Source of the DNA: Macrostomum lignano | Lineage: Eukaryota | Assembly (NCBI GenBank): GCA_002269645.1 | Contig: NIVC01001694.1 | Coordinates: 89,840 to 153,839 of the forward strand | Length of the DNA: 64,000 bases | Reading direction: 5' to 3' | Shown: in pieces, positions 25,696-38,327 of the stretch | How positions within the stretch are numbered: the stretch's first letter is position 1 | Layout: each line of letters starts with the position of its first letter | Made by a program: the position numbers and the translations under genes | Notes under the pieces: generated by a model | What the model was told of the DNA's origin: nothing | Database searches by the model: none | Seen by the model: only the letters and a program-made list of their open reading frames with translations

Positions 25696-26371
25696 AGAGA
25701 TAAAACTTGACTTCATTGCGAAAAGTCAACGAGAAAGCATGCAGGGTCGAGTACACGCGGGTACCGCTGCGTGCTGAACACGCAAGCATATCTCCTCTGT
25801 ATCTTAATCTGATTATTGCGGGCAGTGATTTTATTCAGTCATAGAAAAGTGCACTATGCTTGAGGAAAAATCCTATACTAAACACAAAAAGTTCGAAGCG
25901 ACCATGGCAGCTTGATGAATGCTTCGAGACTAGTAGGCAGACTATTTATATCGGATATTCCTTCTTGAAGACGAAACCAATGCATGCTTCAAAGCCTAGT
26001 CTTACCATTGGATTACCATATTAAGAAGGCTCTTCAACTAGTATAATGAATGTTGATGCCATATTCGCATTCAGTTTATATGCTTTTTTGGACTGTTGAC
26101 TCAGGTCGATAACGATCGATAACGTCAGTTGCTACTTACCTGGAACACATAATGATGTTTTGTAGGTATACAGCGATTAAACTGTTGGTAGCAATAAAGG
26201 GAACAGTTTAATGAGCCTTAAAAGTGTGGAAAGAAAGGTTATGAAGCGGAGCGGTTTTGCTAACCATAAACTCTGCACACTCGAATGCTTAAGCTTTTTG
26301 CGATAGCTTTTTTGAAATTTGAACATTTTGCGTCGCTTTAACTTTAAAGTCAGTCATCATAAAAAACTGAT

Positions 26372-26840
<469 letters not shown>

Positions 26841-27529
26841 GAAAGAGGATCAATAGGTGGGGTCTAGTTGCAAAAAACTGCACCCCCACTCACTCAGCAT
26901 GCAACTATGTAAAGAGAGCGGCAGTCCCCCTTGGGCAGTGCACTTTGACGCGATAAGCATGTAATCCAGTCTGATCCAAAAGCAGTTGAAAGCCAGCCAG
27001 AAATTTAGCTAAGCAGCAGCAACAATTCCTGATGCCCCAGTTTCTCGTGAACAACCATAAAATGTTGATGACGGCCATCTGTCTGCGATGGTAACTGCAG
27101 TTAGCGAAAATTTCCATGCAAACGCATGAAAGAAGCAGAGAAATTGCTGGAAACTTTCTCAGAGAAGAGGCATCGCTTTTGCCTGTAAAATTTTGCCCGA
27201 AATTGCAACACTTGGGCAGCAAGAACTTCTTTTTTCTCTGCCTCTCTGTCTGGCCGACTGTCTGTCTTTGCTAAGAAATTCATTTCTGGAATAGGAAATG
27301 CTTTTTTGCAACTGCAGCCTCTCTGCGTCTTTTCAGTTCCCATGCCGGACGCGGGACATTTGGTGCTGGCATGCATTTTCTAAGAAAAGCAGCAGTTTCA
27401 AGTCGAAATAATCCTTGGGGAATGACTGACATCCGCACCCGTGCGCTGTTATCTTAGGCCAGCTGCTTGCATGCTGGGGGATGTGTCTGTGATTAAGCTT
27501 TCTGTCCACTGCCGCATAGAATTCGGTTA

Positions 27530-27533
27530 AGCC

Positions 27534-27564
<31 letters not shown>

Positions 27565-27571
27565 GTGTGTG

Positions 27572-27602
<31 letters not shown>

Positions 27603-27761
27603 GTGTGTGTGTCTGTCTGTCTGTCTGTCTGTCTGTCTGACTGTCTGTCTGTCTGTCTGTCTGACTGTCTGTCTGTCCGTCTGTCTGTCTGTCTGTCGGT
27701 CTGTCTGTCTGTCTGTCTGTCTGTCGGTCTGTCTGTCTGTCTTTCTGTCTGTCTGTCTGTG

Positions 27762-27814
<53 letters not shown>

Positions 27815-27837
27815 TTCTGTCTGTCTGTGTGTGTGTG

Positions 27838-27897
<60 letters not shown>

Positions 27898-27933
27898 CGT
27901 ATCTGTCTGTCTGTCCGTGTCTGTCTGTCTGCC

Positions 27934-27973
<40 letters not shown>

Positions 27974-28014
27974 GGTCGGTCGGTCTGTCTGTCTGTCTGT
28001 CGGTCGGTCGGTCG

Positions 28015-28054
<40 letters not shown>

Positions 28055-28057
28055 GCC

Positions 28058-28106
<49 letters not shown>
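27530..28106. repeat. (TCTG)n microsatellite, imperfect
   Basis: Direct reading. Confidence 0.96.
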
Positions 28107-28609
28107 CAGAGTCAGAGTCGCCAAGTATCAGTCTGTAAGCGTCAGTCATGATTGTTGAAACAGGGCTGTAAATAAGGCAGTAACGTGAGAAGACATCAGT
28201 CTAGAGATAACGAGCTCAGATTCCGAGAGACAGGCGTGTCTTGGAAGGGAAACACTTCATCCCGAGAGGCTGGGCCCTCCCAATCCGGTGGAGAGGTGAA
28301 TCCCCAATCCACCCGCCTGCTGGCTGGCGGAACAACTGCAGCGGCTCTTCTTTAATTGCAACAGGTTGCAAAGCATTGCAGCAGGAAGCAGGTGGCAGTT
28401 GCCTACCTTGGCCTGATGCATGCACCCCCCCCCGAGCAGCGCACATCTGCAGACTTCCCTGATTGGCTCAGCCCGGTTCCTTCCTATCCCAATGCGCAGG
28501 CAGGGATCAGCTGGGGTCGGGGTGGTGGGCAGATATTTTCTCCCTTAGCAACAGGGAAAAGCGCAGCGGCTGGCACTTCATCTCGCCTTTGTCTCGCCCC
28601 GAGGACACC

Positions 28610-29245
28610 ATGGGAGCATTGTACTCCACCCCGGTTCGGGTCCTGCTGCTGGGCCTGGACAACTGCGGCAAGACCACCCTGCTGCGCCAGCTCACCTGCC
28701 GCTACGGCCCCGGCTGTTCCAGAACCTCCAAATTCGACGAGGAGCTTCAGGACGACGAGTACGAAGAGGACGAAGTGGCGGCAGCGGAGGCCGCGGACTC
28801 GAGTCGGATTCAGCCGACGTTCGGCTGCGTCGGCGCGCAGATCCGTCTGCCTTGCGGCGGCCCGGCGCTGGCCGTTGTGGAGGTCGGTGGCCGCCGGCTG
28901 TACAGGGACTTCTGGCGCTACCACTGCGCCGGCGCTGAGGCTGTCCTGTTCGTGGTGGACAGCAACGATTCACGTCGGCTAGATGAGGCACGCAGCTTCC
29001 TGTTTGAGGTGGCCACCAGCTGGGAGCTGCTCGGCGTGCCCGTCATTGTGCTGGCGAACAAGCAGGACCTGCCCATGGCTTTGCCGAGCTGGTCCGTGGC
29101 GGCCGGGCTGCAGATGGAGATGCTGGAGCGGCTGGGGCATCCGACGCACGTGCACCGCACTGTGGGCAGCTCCGGCGACGGAGTGCTGACGGCTCTGCAC
29201 GTCTTGGCTCGGCTGGTCAGGCAGCGGAGGCGGAACGGCTGCTGA
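28610..29245 (+). CDS. ARF/ARL-family small GTPase, divergent, intronless (211 aa from MGALYS)
   Basis: MG start (myristoylation-type), P-loop GLDNCGKT, switch I PTFG, G3 region VEVGGR, AVLFVVDSND..RLDEAR, G4 NKQD. Confidence 0.88.
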   Translation: MGALYSTPVRVLLLGLDNCGKTTLLRQLTCRYGPGCSRTSKFDEELQDDEYEEDEVAAAEAADSSRIQPTFGCVGAQIRLPCGGPALAVVEVGGRRLYRDFWRYHCAGAEAVLFVVDSNDSRRLDEARSFLFEVATSWELLGVPVIVLANKQDLPMALPSWSVAAGLQMEMLERLGHPTHVHRTVGSSGDGVLTALHVLARLVRQRRRNGC

Positions 29246-29367
29246 TGACCGACTCTGAGATGGAGACTTGAGGGCGTGTTTTGGCTGTGCGTGCGGAGAC
29301 TGTGCCTTTGTTGTGCGATTGACTGTGCTTGGAGATAGCGTATTGACTAAGTACTGGATAATTGGTA

Positions 29368-29690
29368 ATGTACGGTACTAGATATTATGTACAGGATGCT
29401 GACTACGAGATTAATGAATTTTGTACGGGATGTTAAGTACCAGAAACTATTTACTAGATGGAAAGTAACAGATATTGTGCACATGTACAGGATGCTGAGT
29501 ACCAGATATTGTGTAACATGTTCAGGATGCTAAGTACCAGATACTATTTACAAGATGTTAAGTACAAGATATTGTGCACATGTACAGGATGCTTGAGTAC
29601 CAGATATTGTGTACATGTACAGGATGCTGAGTACCAGATATTGTGTACATGTACAGGATGCTGAGTACCAGATATTGTGTACATTATATT
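29368..29690. repeat. ~34-35 bp degenerate minisatellite (TATTGTGTACATGTACAGGATGCTGAGTACCAGA)n
   Basis: About 9 copies just downstream of the ARL stop. Confidence 0.85.
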
Positions 29691-29852
29691 AAGTCAAGAG
29701 TATAGTGCCAATACCCAATTCACTGTCATGGTCAGACGATCTGATTCAAACCAGATGACCCTCATCCTCGATCCTGTTCCCTACAATGTTCCACAGCTTG
29801 TACTGCATTATAAAACTCATTTCTAAATACACATTAGTGCATTCATACTCGA

Positions 29853-30020
29853 TTAATTTTCTGCCGAAGCAGGTACAACTCGTCGGGCCCATTGAAGAAA
29901 TTTCTTCCCGAATAGCTTGAGCAGCCGGATCTCGAGAACAATCTTGAATCTTTCAGCCCCTCCGGCTGCATTGTGGGCAAGTTTCTCATAGTCTGCTTTA
30001 GTGCTTCTGTACTCACTACC
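29853..30020 (-). CDS. Possible isolated terminal exon (GSEYRSTKADYEKLAHNAAGGAERFKIVLEIRLLKLFGKKFLQWARRVVPASAEN*)
   Basis: Acceptor TTTTCTACACAG followed by 56 open codons ending in TAA. No upstream exon found. Confidence 0.2.
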   Translation of the reverse strand, partial: GSEYRSTKADYEKLAHNAAGGAERFKIVLEIRLLKLFGKKFLQWARRVVPASAEN

Positions 30021-30349
30021 CTGTGTAGAAAATGTTGCCTACAATCAGGAAGAAACCCGGCTGTTCACGGGTACAGCGCGACATCAAAGAGAAGCTGCAG
30101 TGACGGACAGGCAAGAAAGAAAAAAGGAAATGGGTTGGCTACTCCGCCGCTAGCGACTCAATTTTAGTGAGAGTAGAAAAAGAAAACTTCTATCGAAAAA
30201 GATTTTCTATACAAAGTAGAAGAGCAGAAGGTCGCAGTGTCTTAGGTTACTGCTCGGGTTAGGGTGAACTCAATGCCTTTGACCAGCTTTCATTAATGAT
30301 ATTGCAGGATAAAATCGATCTGAGTAGAGCTTTTTAATGAGGCCTTTCT

Positions 30350-31773
30350 GCACTCTGACTCCACCCTGACATTTTATATGAATGCGCTCCACCTCTCTCC
30401 CAAGCCCTCTCTACCTCTGACTCCACCTCTCTCCCAAGCCCTCTCTACCTTTGACTCCACCTCTCTCCCAAGCCCTCTCTACCTCTGACTCCACCTCTCT
30501 CCCAAGCCCTCTCTACCTCTGACTCCACCTCTCTCCCAAGCCCTCTCTACCTTTGACTCCACCTCTCTCCCAACCCCACTCTACCCTCTGACTCCACTTC
30601 TCTCCCAAGCCCTCTCTACCCTATGACTCCACCTCTCTCCCAATCCCCTCCTACCCTCTGACTCCACCTCTCCCAATCCCACTCTACCCTCTGACTCCAC
30701 CTCTCTCCCAAGCCCACTCTACCCTCTGACTCCACCTCTCCCAACCCCACTCTACCCTCTGACTCCACCTCTCCCAATCCCACTCTAACCTTCTGACTCC
30801 ACCTCTCCCAATCCCACTCTACCCTCTGACTCCACCTCTCTCCCAAGCCCACTCTACCCTCTGACTCCACCTCTCCCAATCCCACTCTAACCCTATGACT
30901 CCACCTCTCCCAATCCCACTCTACCCTCTGACTCCACCTCTCTCCCAACCCCACTCTACCCTCTGACTCCACCTCTCCCAATCCCACTCTAACCCTCTGA
31001 CTCCACCTCTCCCAATCCCACTCTAACCTTCTGACTCCACCTCTCCCAACCCCACTCTACCCTCTGACTCCACCTCTCCCAACCCCACTCTACCCTCTGA
31101 CTCCACCTCTCCCAATCCCACTCTAACCCTCTGACTCCACCTCTCCCAATCCCACTCTACCCTCTGACTCCACCTCTCTCCCAAGCCCTCTCTACCCTCT
31201 GACTCCACTTCTCTCCCAACCCCACTCTACCCTCTGACTCCACCTCTCTCCCAAGCCCTCTCTACCCTCTGACTCCACCTCTCTCCCAACCCCACTCTAC
31301 CCTCTGACTCCACCTCTCTCCCAAGCCCACTCTACCCTCTGACTCCACCTCTCTCCCAACCCCACTCTACCCTCTGACTCCACCTCTCTCCCAATCCCAC
31401 TCTAACCCTCTGACTCCACTTCTCTCCCAATCCCACTCTACCCTCTGACTCCACCTCTCTCCCAAGCCCTCTCTACCCTCTGACTCCACCTCTCTCCCAA
31501 GCCCTCTCTACCCTATGACTCCACCTCTCTCCCAATCCCCTCCTACCCTCTGACTCCACCTCTCCCAATCCCACTCTAACCCTCTGACTCCACCTCTCTC
31601 CCAAGCCCTCTCTACCTCTGACTCCACCTCTCTCCCAATCCCACTCTAACCCTCTGACTCCACCTCTCTCCCAAGCCCTCTCTACCCTCTGACTCCACCT
31701 CTCTCCCAATCCCACTCTACCCTCTGACTCCACCTCTCTCCCAAGCCCCCTCCTACCCTCTGACTCCACCTCT
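30350..31773. repeat. 33-36 bp C-rich minisatellite (CTCTGACTCCACCTCTCTCCCAAKCCCWCTCTACC)n
   Basis: Direct reading. Confidence 0.95.
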
Positions 31774-32225
31774 CACCATGACACTATTTATCTGTTTTTG
31801 AGTCTCCAGACAGACGCACAACATCTCACATTATTCGATGAACACCCACGCACAGAGTCGCCAAATGATAAGATATGACAGCGCCCCTTCCAGAATCTGA
31901 AGCCGTTGCATCCAGCAGCAAATGAGAAAGCGTTAAGTCCTTGAGCACTACAGAAATAGAGAATTTATGACAGGCGTGGGTGTTAACTGTTAATTGCATT
32001 TATTATTAGTATTTCCATTGAGTGTGCATGCAACTGGCGCTCTAGAGAGAGCTTAATTTGAAGACTATCAACAATTAATGCAAGTCAATAATCGTTCTCC
32101 GAGAATGCGAGATCCATTGGCTCTGAAAAGTACATCAATCTGCGATTTTTTTATGTACATTTAGTCCGGAAGTCTGTGCAGAGAAATATATTCTTTGATA
32201 AGATTTAACTATGCAGAATACGGTA

Positions 32226-33830
32226 GATATGAGAGGGCAGATAGGAGAGGGTAGTAAAGGAGAGGGTAGATAGGAGAGGGTAGTAAAGGAGAGGGTGGAT
32301 AGGAGAAGGTAGAGAGGAGAGGGTAGATAGGAGAGGCCTGGATAGGAGAGGGTAGATAGGAGGGGGTAGATAGGAGAGGGTAGATAGGAGAGGGTAGATA
32401 GGATAGGGTAGATAGGAGAGGGTAGATAGGAAAGGATAGATAGGAGAGGGTAGAGAGGAGAGAGGAGAGGGTAGATAGGAGAGGCCTAGATAGGAGAGGG
32501 TAGATAGGAGAGGCCTAGATAGGAGAGGGTAGATAGGAGAGGGTAGATAGGAGAGGGTAGAGAGGAGAGGGTAGATAGGAGAGGGCAGATAGGAGAGGGT
32601 AGAGAGGAGAGGGTAGATAGGAGAGGCCTAGATAGGAGAGGGTAGATAGGAGAGAGTAGAGAGGAGAGGGTAGATAGGATAGGGTAGATAGGAGAGGGTA
32701 GATAGGAAAGGATAGATAGGAGAGGGTAGAGAGGAGAGGGTAGATAGGAGAGGCCTAGATAGGAGAGGGTAGATAGGAGAGGCCTAGATAGGAGAGGGTA
32801 GATAGGAGAGGGTAGATAGGAGAGGGTAGAGAGGAGAGGGTAGATAGGAGAGAGCAGATAGGAGAGGGTAGAGAGGAGAGGGTAGATAGGAGAGGCCTAG
32901 ATAGGAGAGGGTAGATAGGAGAGGGTAGTAAAGGAGAGGGTAGATAGGAGAGGGTAGAGAGGAGAGGGTAGATAGGAGAGAGCAGATAGGAGAGGGTAGA
33001 GAGGAGAGGGTAGATAGGAGAGGCCTAGATAGGAGAGGGTAGATAGGAGAGGGTAGAGAGGAGAGGGTAGATAGGAGAGGGTAGAGAGGAGAGGGTAGAT
33101 AGGAGAGGCCTAGATAGGAGAGGGTAGATAGGAGAGGGTAGATAGACGAGAGTAGATAGGAGAGGGTAGATAGGAAAAGATAGATAGGAGAGGGTAGATA
33201 GGAGAAGGTAGATAGGAGAGGGTAGATAGGAGAGAGCAGATAGGAGAGGGTAGAGAGGAGAGGGTAGAGAGGAGAGGGTAGATAGGAGAGAGTAGATAGG
33301 AGAGGGTAGATAGGAGAGGGTAGATAGGAGAGGGTAGATAGGAGAGAGTAGATAGGAGAGGGTATATAGGAGAAGGTAGATAAGAGAAGGTAGATAGGAT
33401 AGGGTAGATAGGAGAGGGTAGATAGGAGAGGGTAGATAGGCGAGAGTAGATAGGAGAGGGTAGATAGGAGAGGGTAGATAGGCGAGAGTAGATAGGAGAG
33501 GGTAGATAGGAGAGGGTAGATAGGCGAGAGTAGATAGGAGAGGGTAGATAGGAGAAGATAGATAGGAGAGGGTAGATAGGAGAAGGTAGATAGGAGAGGG
33601 TAGATAGGAGAGGGTAGATAGGAGAAGGTAGATAGGAGAGGGTAGATAGGAGAAGGTAGATAGGAAAAGGTAGATAGGAGAAGGTAGATAGGAGAGGGTA
33701 GATAGGAGAGGGTAGATTGGAGAGGTAGATAGGAGAGATAGGAGAGGTAGATAGGAGAGGTAGATAGGAGAGTGTATACAGGAATGGGAGGAGAAGGGTT
33801 AGATAGGAGAGGGTAGATAAGAGAGAGTAG
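32226..33830. repeat. 14-bp purine-rich minisatellite (GATAGGAGAGGGTA)n
   Basis: More than 100 copies; explains the LSYLPSPIYPLLST ORFs. Confidence 0.96.
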
Positions 33831-34627
33831 ACAGGGGAGCGAGGGGAGGAAAGGCCAGAGACAATGTGCGGTAGACAGTGGGAAGAGTACATGGTTGTCA
33901 TTCCAGCCTACGAGAGCCAAGGACAGCATGTTGCATAAACGGGAAAAAATTGGTTAATCGCCAAACCGCCTCTGCCATAATCCCATGTACAAACATCCAA
34001 CTCAGTCAAATTGATAACGCATTTTCCTCTCCTCTGAGCACAGTGTTTCATGTCAGAACGAGTTCTCCCATTAACGATCCGGCAATTCCTAACTAAGTGC
34101 TTGAAAGCTCAAGCGTGACCTTGGTTGAAGGGCCTGACGGTATCCTGTAAGGGAAAAGTATAGCAAACTCAGTCCTATAGTATTGACAATCGGGTGATTC
34201 TGTACAGAGCCTCATCTCTTCTGCTAAAGCTCTCCCTTCTATTTTATTCCGCACTGTTTTCTCGCAGCTTTGACAAGTTCTTGTCAAATAAACTTGTACT
34301 TTGAGGCTGATAGTTAAATAGAGTAGAGAGCCGGGAGCTGCAGGAGTGTTTGTGTAGAAAAATATAGCATGCACGCAGCACGTACTTGTGGGGAGGCAGC
34401 TTTGAGGTGCAGCCACGGGGATAAAATTGATTTAGTCCCTGCCTGGGGATCAAGGAAAGGGATCGTGGAGACGGGCGACCTTTTTAAAGCGAAGGGGGAA
34501 GGGTAGGAGATTATAACCGGATATGCGAGTAGTCAGATGTAGGGGATAAACACAGTGCTGGGCTCTGCGACTGGGATGCAGCACAACTGCCGGAACTTCT
34601 GCGGTTGCCTTTCAAGGTTGAAGACAG

Positions 34628-35385
34628 ACAGGGTTCTCTTCCTCAGAGTCTCTCTCTCTCTATCTCTCTGCATCCACTCTCCTCTCCCCCAGCCTCTCTA
34701 TCTCTCTGCATCCACTCTCCTCTCCCCCAGCCTCTCTATCTCTCTGCATCCACTCTCTTCTCTCCCTTAGTCTCTCGATCTCTCTGCATCCACTCTCTCC
34801 TCTCTCCCTCAGCCTCTTTCTGCATCAACTTTCTCCTCTCCCTCAGCCTCTCTCTGCATCCACTCTCTTCTCTCCCTTAGTCTCTCGATCTCTCTGCATC
34901 CACTCTCTCCTCTCTCCCTCAGCCTCTTTCTGCATCAACTTTCTCCTCTCCCTCAGCCTCTCTCTGCATCCACTCTCTTCTCTCCCTTAGCCTCTCTCTC
35001 TCTATGCATCCACTCTCTTCTCTCCCTTAGTCTCTCGATCTCTCTGCATCCACTCTCTCCTCTCTCCCTCAGCCTCTTTCTGCATCAACTTTCTCCTCTC
35101 CCTCAGCCTCTCTCTGCATCCACTCTCTTCTCTCTCCCTCAGCCTCTTTCTGCATCCACTCTCTCCTCTTTCCCTCAGCCTCTCTCTGCATCCACTCTCT
35201 CCTCACTCCCTCAGCCTCTTTCTGCATCCACTCTCTCCTCTTTCCCTCAGCCTCTCTCTGCATCCACTCTCTTCTCTCCCTCAGCCTCTTTCTGCATCCA
35301 CTCTCTCCTCTTTCCCTCAGCCTCTCTCTGCATCCACTCTCTTCTCTCCCTCAGCCTCTTTCTGCATCCACTCTTTTCTCTTTCA
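34628..35385. repeat. ~34-bp pyrimidine-rich minisatellite (CTCTCTCTGCATCCACTCTCTTCTCTCCCTCAGC)n
   Basis: Direct reading. Confidence 0.93.
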
Positions 35386-36091
35386 CAAGTGGACGCAGAA
35401 AAGTCAAGCAAACGAATTTCTGCCACCATTTTCTGAAAGAAGTCCTCCCAAACCTTTATTTCTTATTTTCACGACGCGATTTCATTGGGAATGAAGCCAT
35501 TTCAATCAAAGCCGATTCCCTATCTATCTTTCTATCCCCATTCCCTCACTTGATCCCATTCTCCATCCAACAAGGCATTTTCAATTTCAATCCAACCTCC
35601 CTACCGACCCCCGTCGCTTCCCTCTTTCTCGTCTATCTTCGACATTCCGGATGTGGGCGAAAGATAAAGGGGAGGGGGTGGGCAGGAGCGAGGATTTCCA
35701 GGAAATGACTTTGATTTTTCAAGCTCTCTGTTCGAATTGCTTCCAGGGAAGATCGAGAGATTGAGAATGGGGAAAGAAGAAGAAGAGATTGAGAGGCTTC
35801 AATCGTTCAATTTATCGGCTCTGAGAAAGACGAAGAGCAAAGCAGAAGACGCGAAACAGCGCTGGCGCTAATTTGAAAATTGCAAAACTGTCTGCCCTAC
35901 TGAGGGCGTCTCTGAGATTGAGAATCGGGCGCTCTTCTGCCAAAGAAATTGCTTTTTTCGCCCTGCTAGGCGCTGCACTTTGTCTGCCTTTTATAAGAAA
36001 TCAGCGTGGGCAGCTACAGGTCTGTTGTCGGCTGCCAAATCCATTTGTGAGACAGGAGTTTTACAGCTTATTGACACTGAGTTCACAATAC

Positions 36092-36750
36092 TCTGTAGCT
36101 GGCGCCCCCTCTGTAGCTGGCGCCCCCTCTGTAGCTGGCGCCCCCTCTGTAGCTGGCGCCCCCTCTGTAGCTGGCGCTCCCTCTGTAGCTAGCGCGCGCG
36201 CTCCCTCTGTAGCTGGCGCCCCCCATCTGTAGCTGGCGCCCCTCTGTAGCCGGCGCCCCCTCTGTAGCTGGCGCTCCCTCTGTAGCTGGCGCCCCCTCTG
36301 TAGCTGGCGCCCCCTCTGTAGCTGGCGCCCCCTCTGTAGCTGGCGCCCCCTCTGTAGCTGGCGCCCCCTCTGTAGCTGGCGCCCCTCTGTAGCTGGCGCC
36401 CCCTCTGTAGCTGGCGCCCCCTCTGTAGCTGGCGCCCCTCTGTAGCTGGCGCCCCCTCTGTAGCTGGCGCCCCCTCTGTAGCTGGCGCCCCTTTGTAGCT
36501 GGCGCCCCCTCTGTAGCTGGCGCCCCCTCTGTAGCTGGCGCCCCCTCTGTAGCTGGCGCCCCCTCTGTAGCTGGCGCCCCCTCTGTAGCTGGCGCCCCCC
36601 TCTGTAGCTGGCGCCCCCTCTGTAGCTGGCGCCCCCTCTGTAGCTGGCGCCCCCCTCTGTAGCTGGCGCCCCCTCTGTAGCTGGCGCCCCCTCTGTAGCT
36701 GGCGCCCCTCTGTAGCTGGCGCCCCCTCTGTAGCTGGCGCCTCTCTGTAG
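36092..36750. repeat. 17-20 bp minisatellite (CTGTAGCTGGCGCCCCCT)n, copy in duplication unit 1
   Basis: C-run length varies between units. Confidence 0.96.
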
Positions 36751-37381
36751 CTTAAATGTAGTCTATGGTATTAAAGGGATTGATTAAAGTGACAGCACGG
36801 CTAAAATGGTATGGACTCGAATTCCAAATGATAGCAAGTGCGTGTTTTGTCCGAGCTGAGCTCAAAAGTTTTTTGAGAGACAGATGGAGCAGCTGGGTGC
36901 CCTTGCGAGTGCAGCTTGCTTCGACATCAGTTGTTCACAGAAAGCTCATCGTACTAAACTACTAAGGAATGGAATACTGAATACTTTTCTGTTAAAATTC
37001 CTAAATCTAGACATCTAGTTTTGAACTCCATGGCTGCCGGCACAATTTATGCGAATATAGCTTATGGTGCGACTCGTTCGGGGACCCAACAGGGCTTGTA
37101 TGGCCTTTTCCTGGTCTTTCTATTCGCACATTAGCTGGCTTATTTCTGTAATGCTTGTAGCGAACCAATTCTCCATTCACCCTGACTGACCGTTTGGTAG
37201 GCAATTAACTCAAGGCGGCTGTGTCTGGGGGGGGGGGGCAAATCCTGTACCCTCTGAGTCCTGAGAGGCTGGGGGCTGTTGTTGACTCTGGAGATGAGGA
37301 CTGCAGCGATCCAGTGATTGGGTGTTGGGTGCGGCTCTGCTTGAAGCCTTGCTGATAGCCTGGCGCTGATGAGATAGTCGG

Positions 37382-38295
37382 ATAAGGGATGAGATACTGG
37401 TGAGACAGGGATGAGATACTAGCGAGATTGGGATGAGATACTGGCGAGATAGGGATGAGATACTGGTGAGATTGAGATGAGATACTGGCGAGATAGGGAT
37501 AAGATACTGGCGAGACGGGAATGAGATACTGGTGAGATAGGGATGAGATACTGGTGAGATAGGGATGAGATACTGGCGAGATAGGGATGAGATACTGGAG
37601 AGATAAGGATGAGACACGTGCGAGATAGGGATGAGATACTAGCGAGATTGGGATGAGATACTGGCGAGATAGGGATGAGATACTGGTGAGATTGAGATGA
37701 GATACTGGCGAGATAGGGATGAGATACTAGCGAGATAGGGATGAGACACGTGCGAGATAGGGATAAGATACTAGCGAGATAGGGATGAGATACTGGTGAA
37801 ACAGGGATGAGATACTAGCGAGATGAGGATGAGATACTAGTGAGATCGGGATGAGATACTGGCGAGATAGGGATGAGATACTAGCGAGATAGGGATGAGA
37901 TACTGGTGAGATAAGGATGAGACACGTGCGAGATAGGGATGAGATACTGGAGAGATAAGGATGAGACACGTGCGAGATAGGGATGAGATACTGGCGAGAT
38001 AGGGATGAGATACTGGTGAGATAGGGATGAGATACTAGCGAGATAGGGATGAGATACTGGCGAGATAGGGATGAGATACTGGCGAGATAGGGATGAGATA
38101 CTGGCGAGATAGGGATGAGATGCTGGTGAGACAGGGATGAGATACTAGCGAGATTGAGATGAGATACTAGCGAGATCGGGATGATATACTGGTGAGACAG
38201 GGATGAGATACTGGCGAGATGGGAATGAGATACTGGCGAGATAGGGATGAGATACTGGCGAGATAGGGATGAGATACTGGCGAGATAGGGATGAG
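37382..38295. repeat. 22-bp minisatellite (GAGATACTGGCGAGATAGGGAT)n, unit 1
   Basis: Direct reading. Confidence 0.96.
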
Positions 38296-38327
38296 TTTTA
38301 CAGCTTATTGACACTGAGTTCACAATA

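Noticed and set aside
23980-25710. 576-aa ATG-initiated repetitive ORF (and the opposite-strand PVSWW ORFs)
   Set aside because: The 20-bp unit has no stop in any forward frame, so long ORFs are expected by chance; several frames are open at once.
36765-37204. Small duplicated ORFs (66 aa and 65 aa) repeated at 41052-41492
   Set aside because: Short, no motif; their identity only reflects the segmental duplication.
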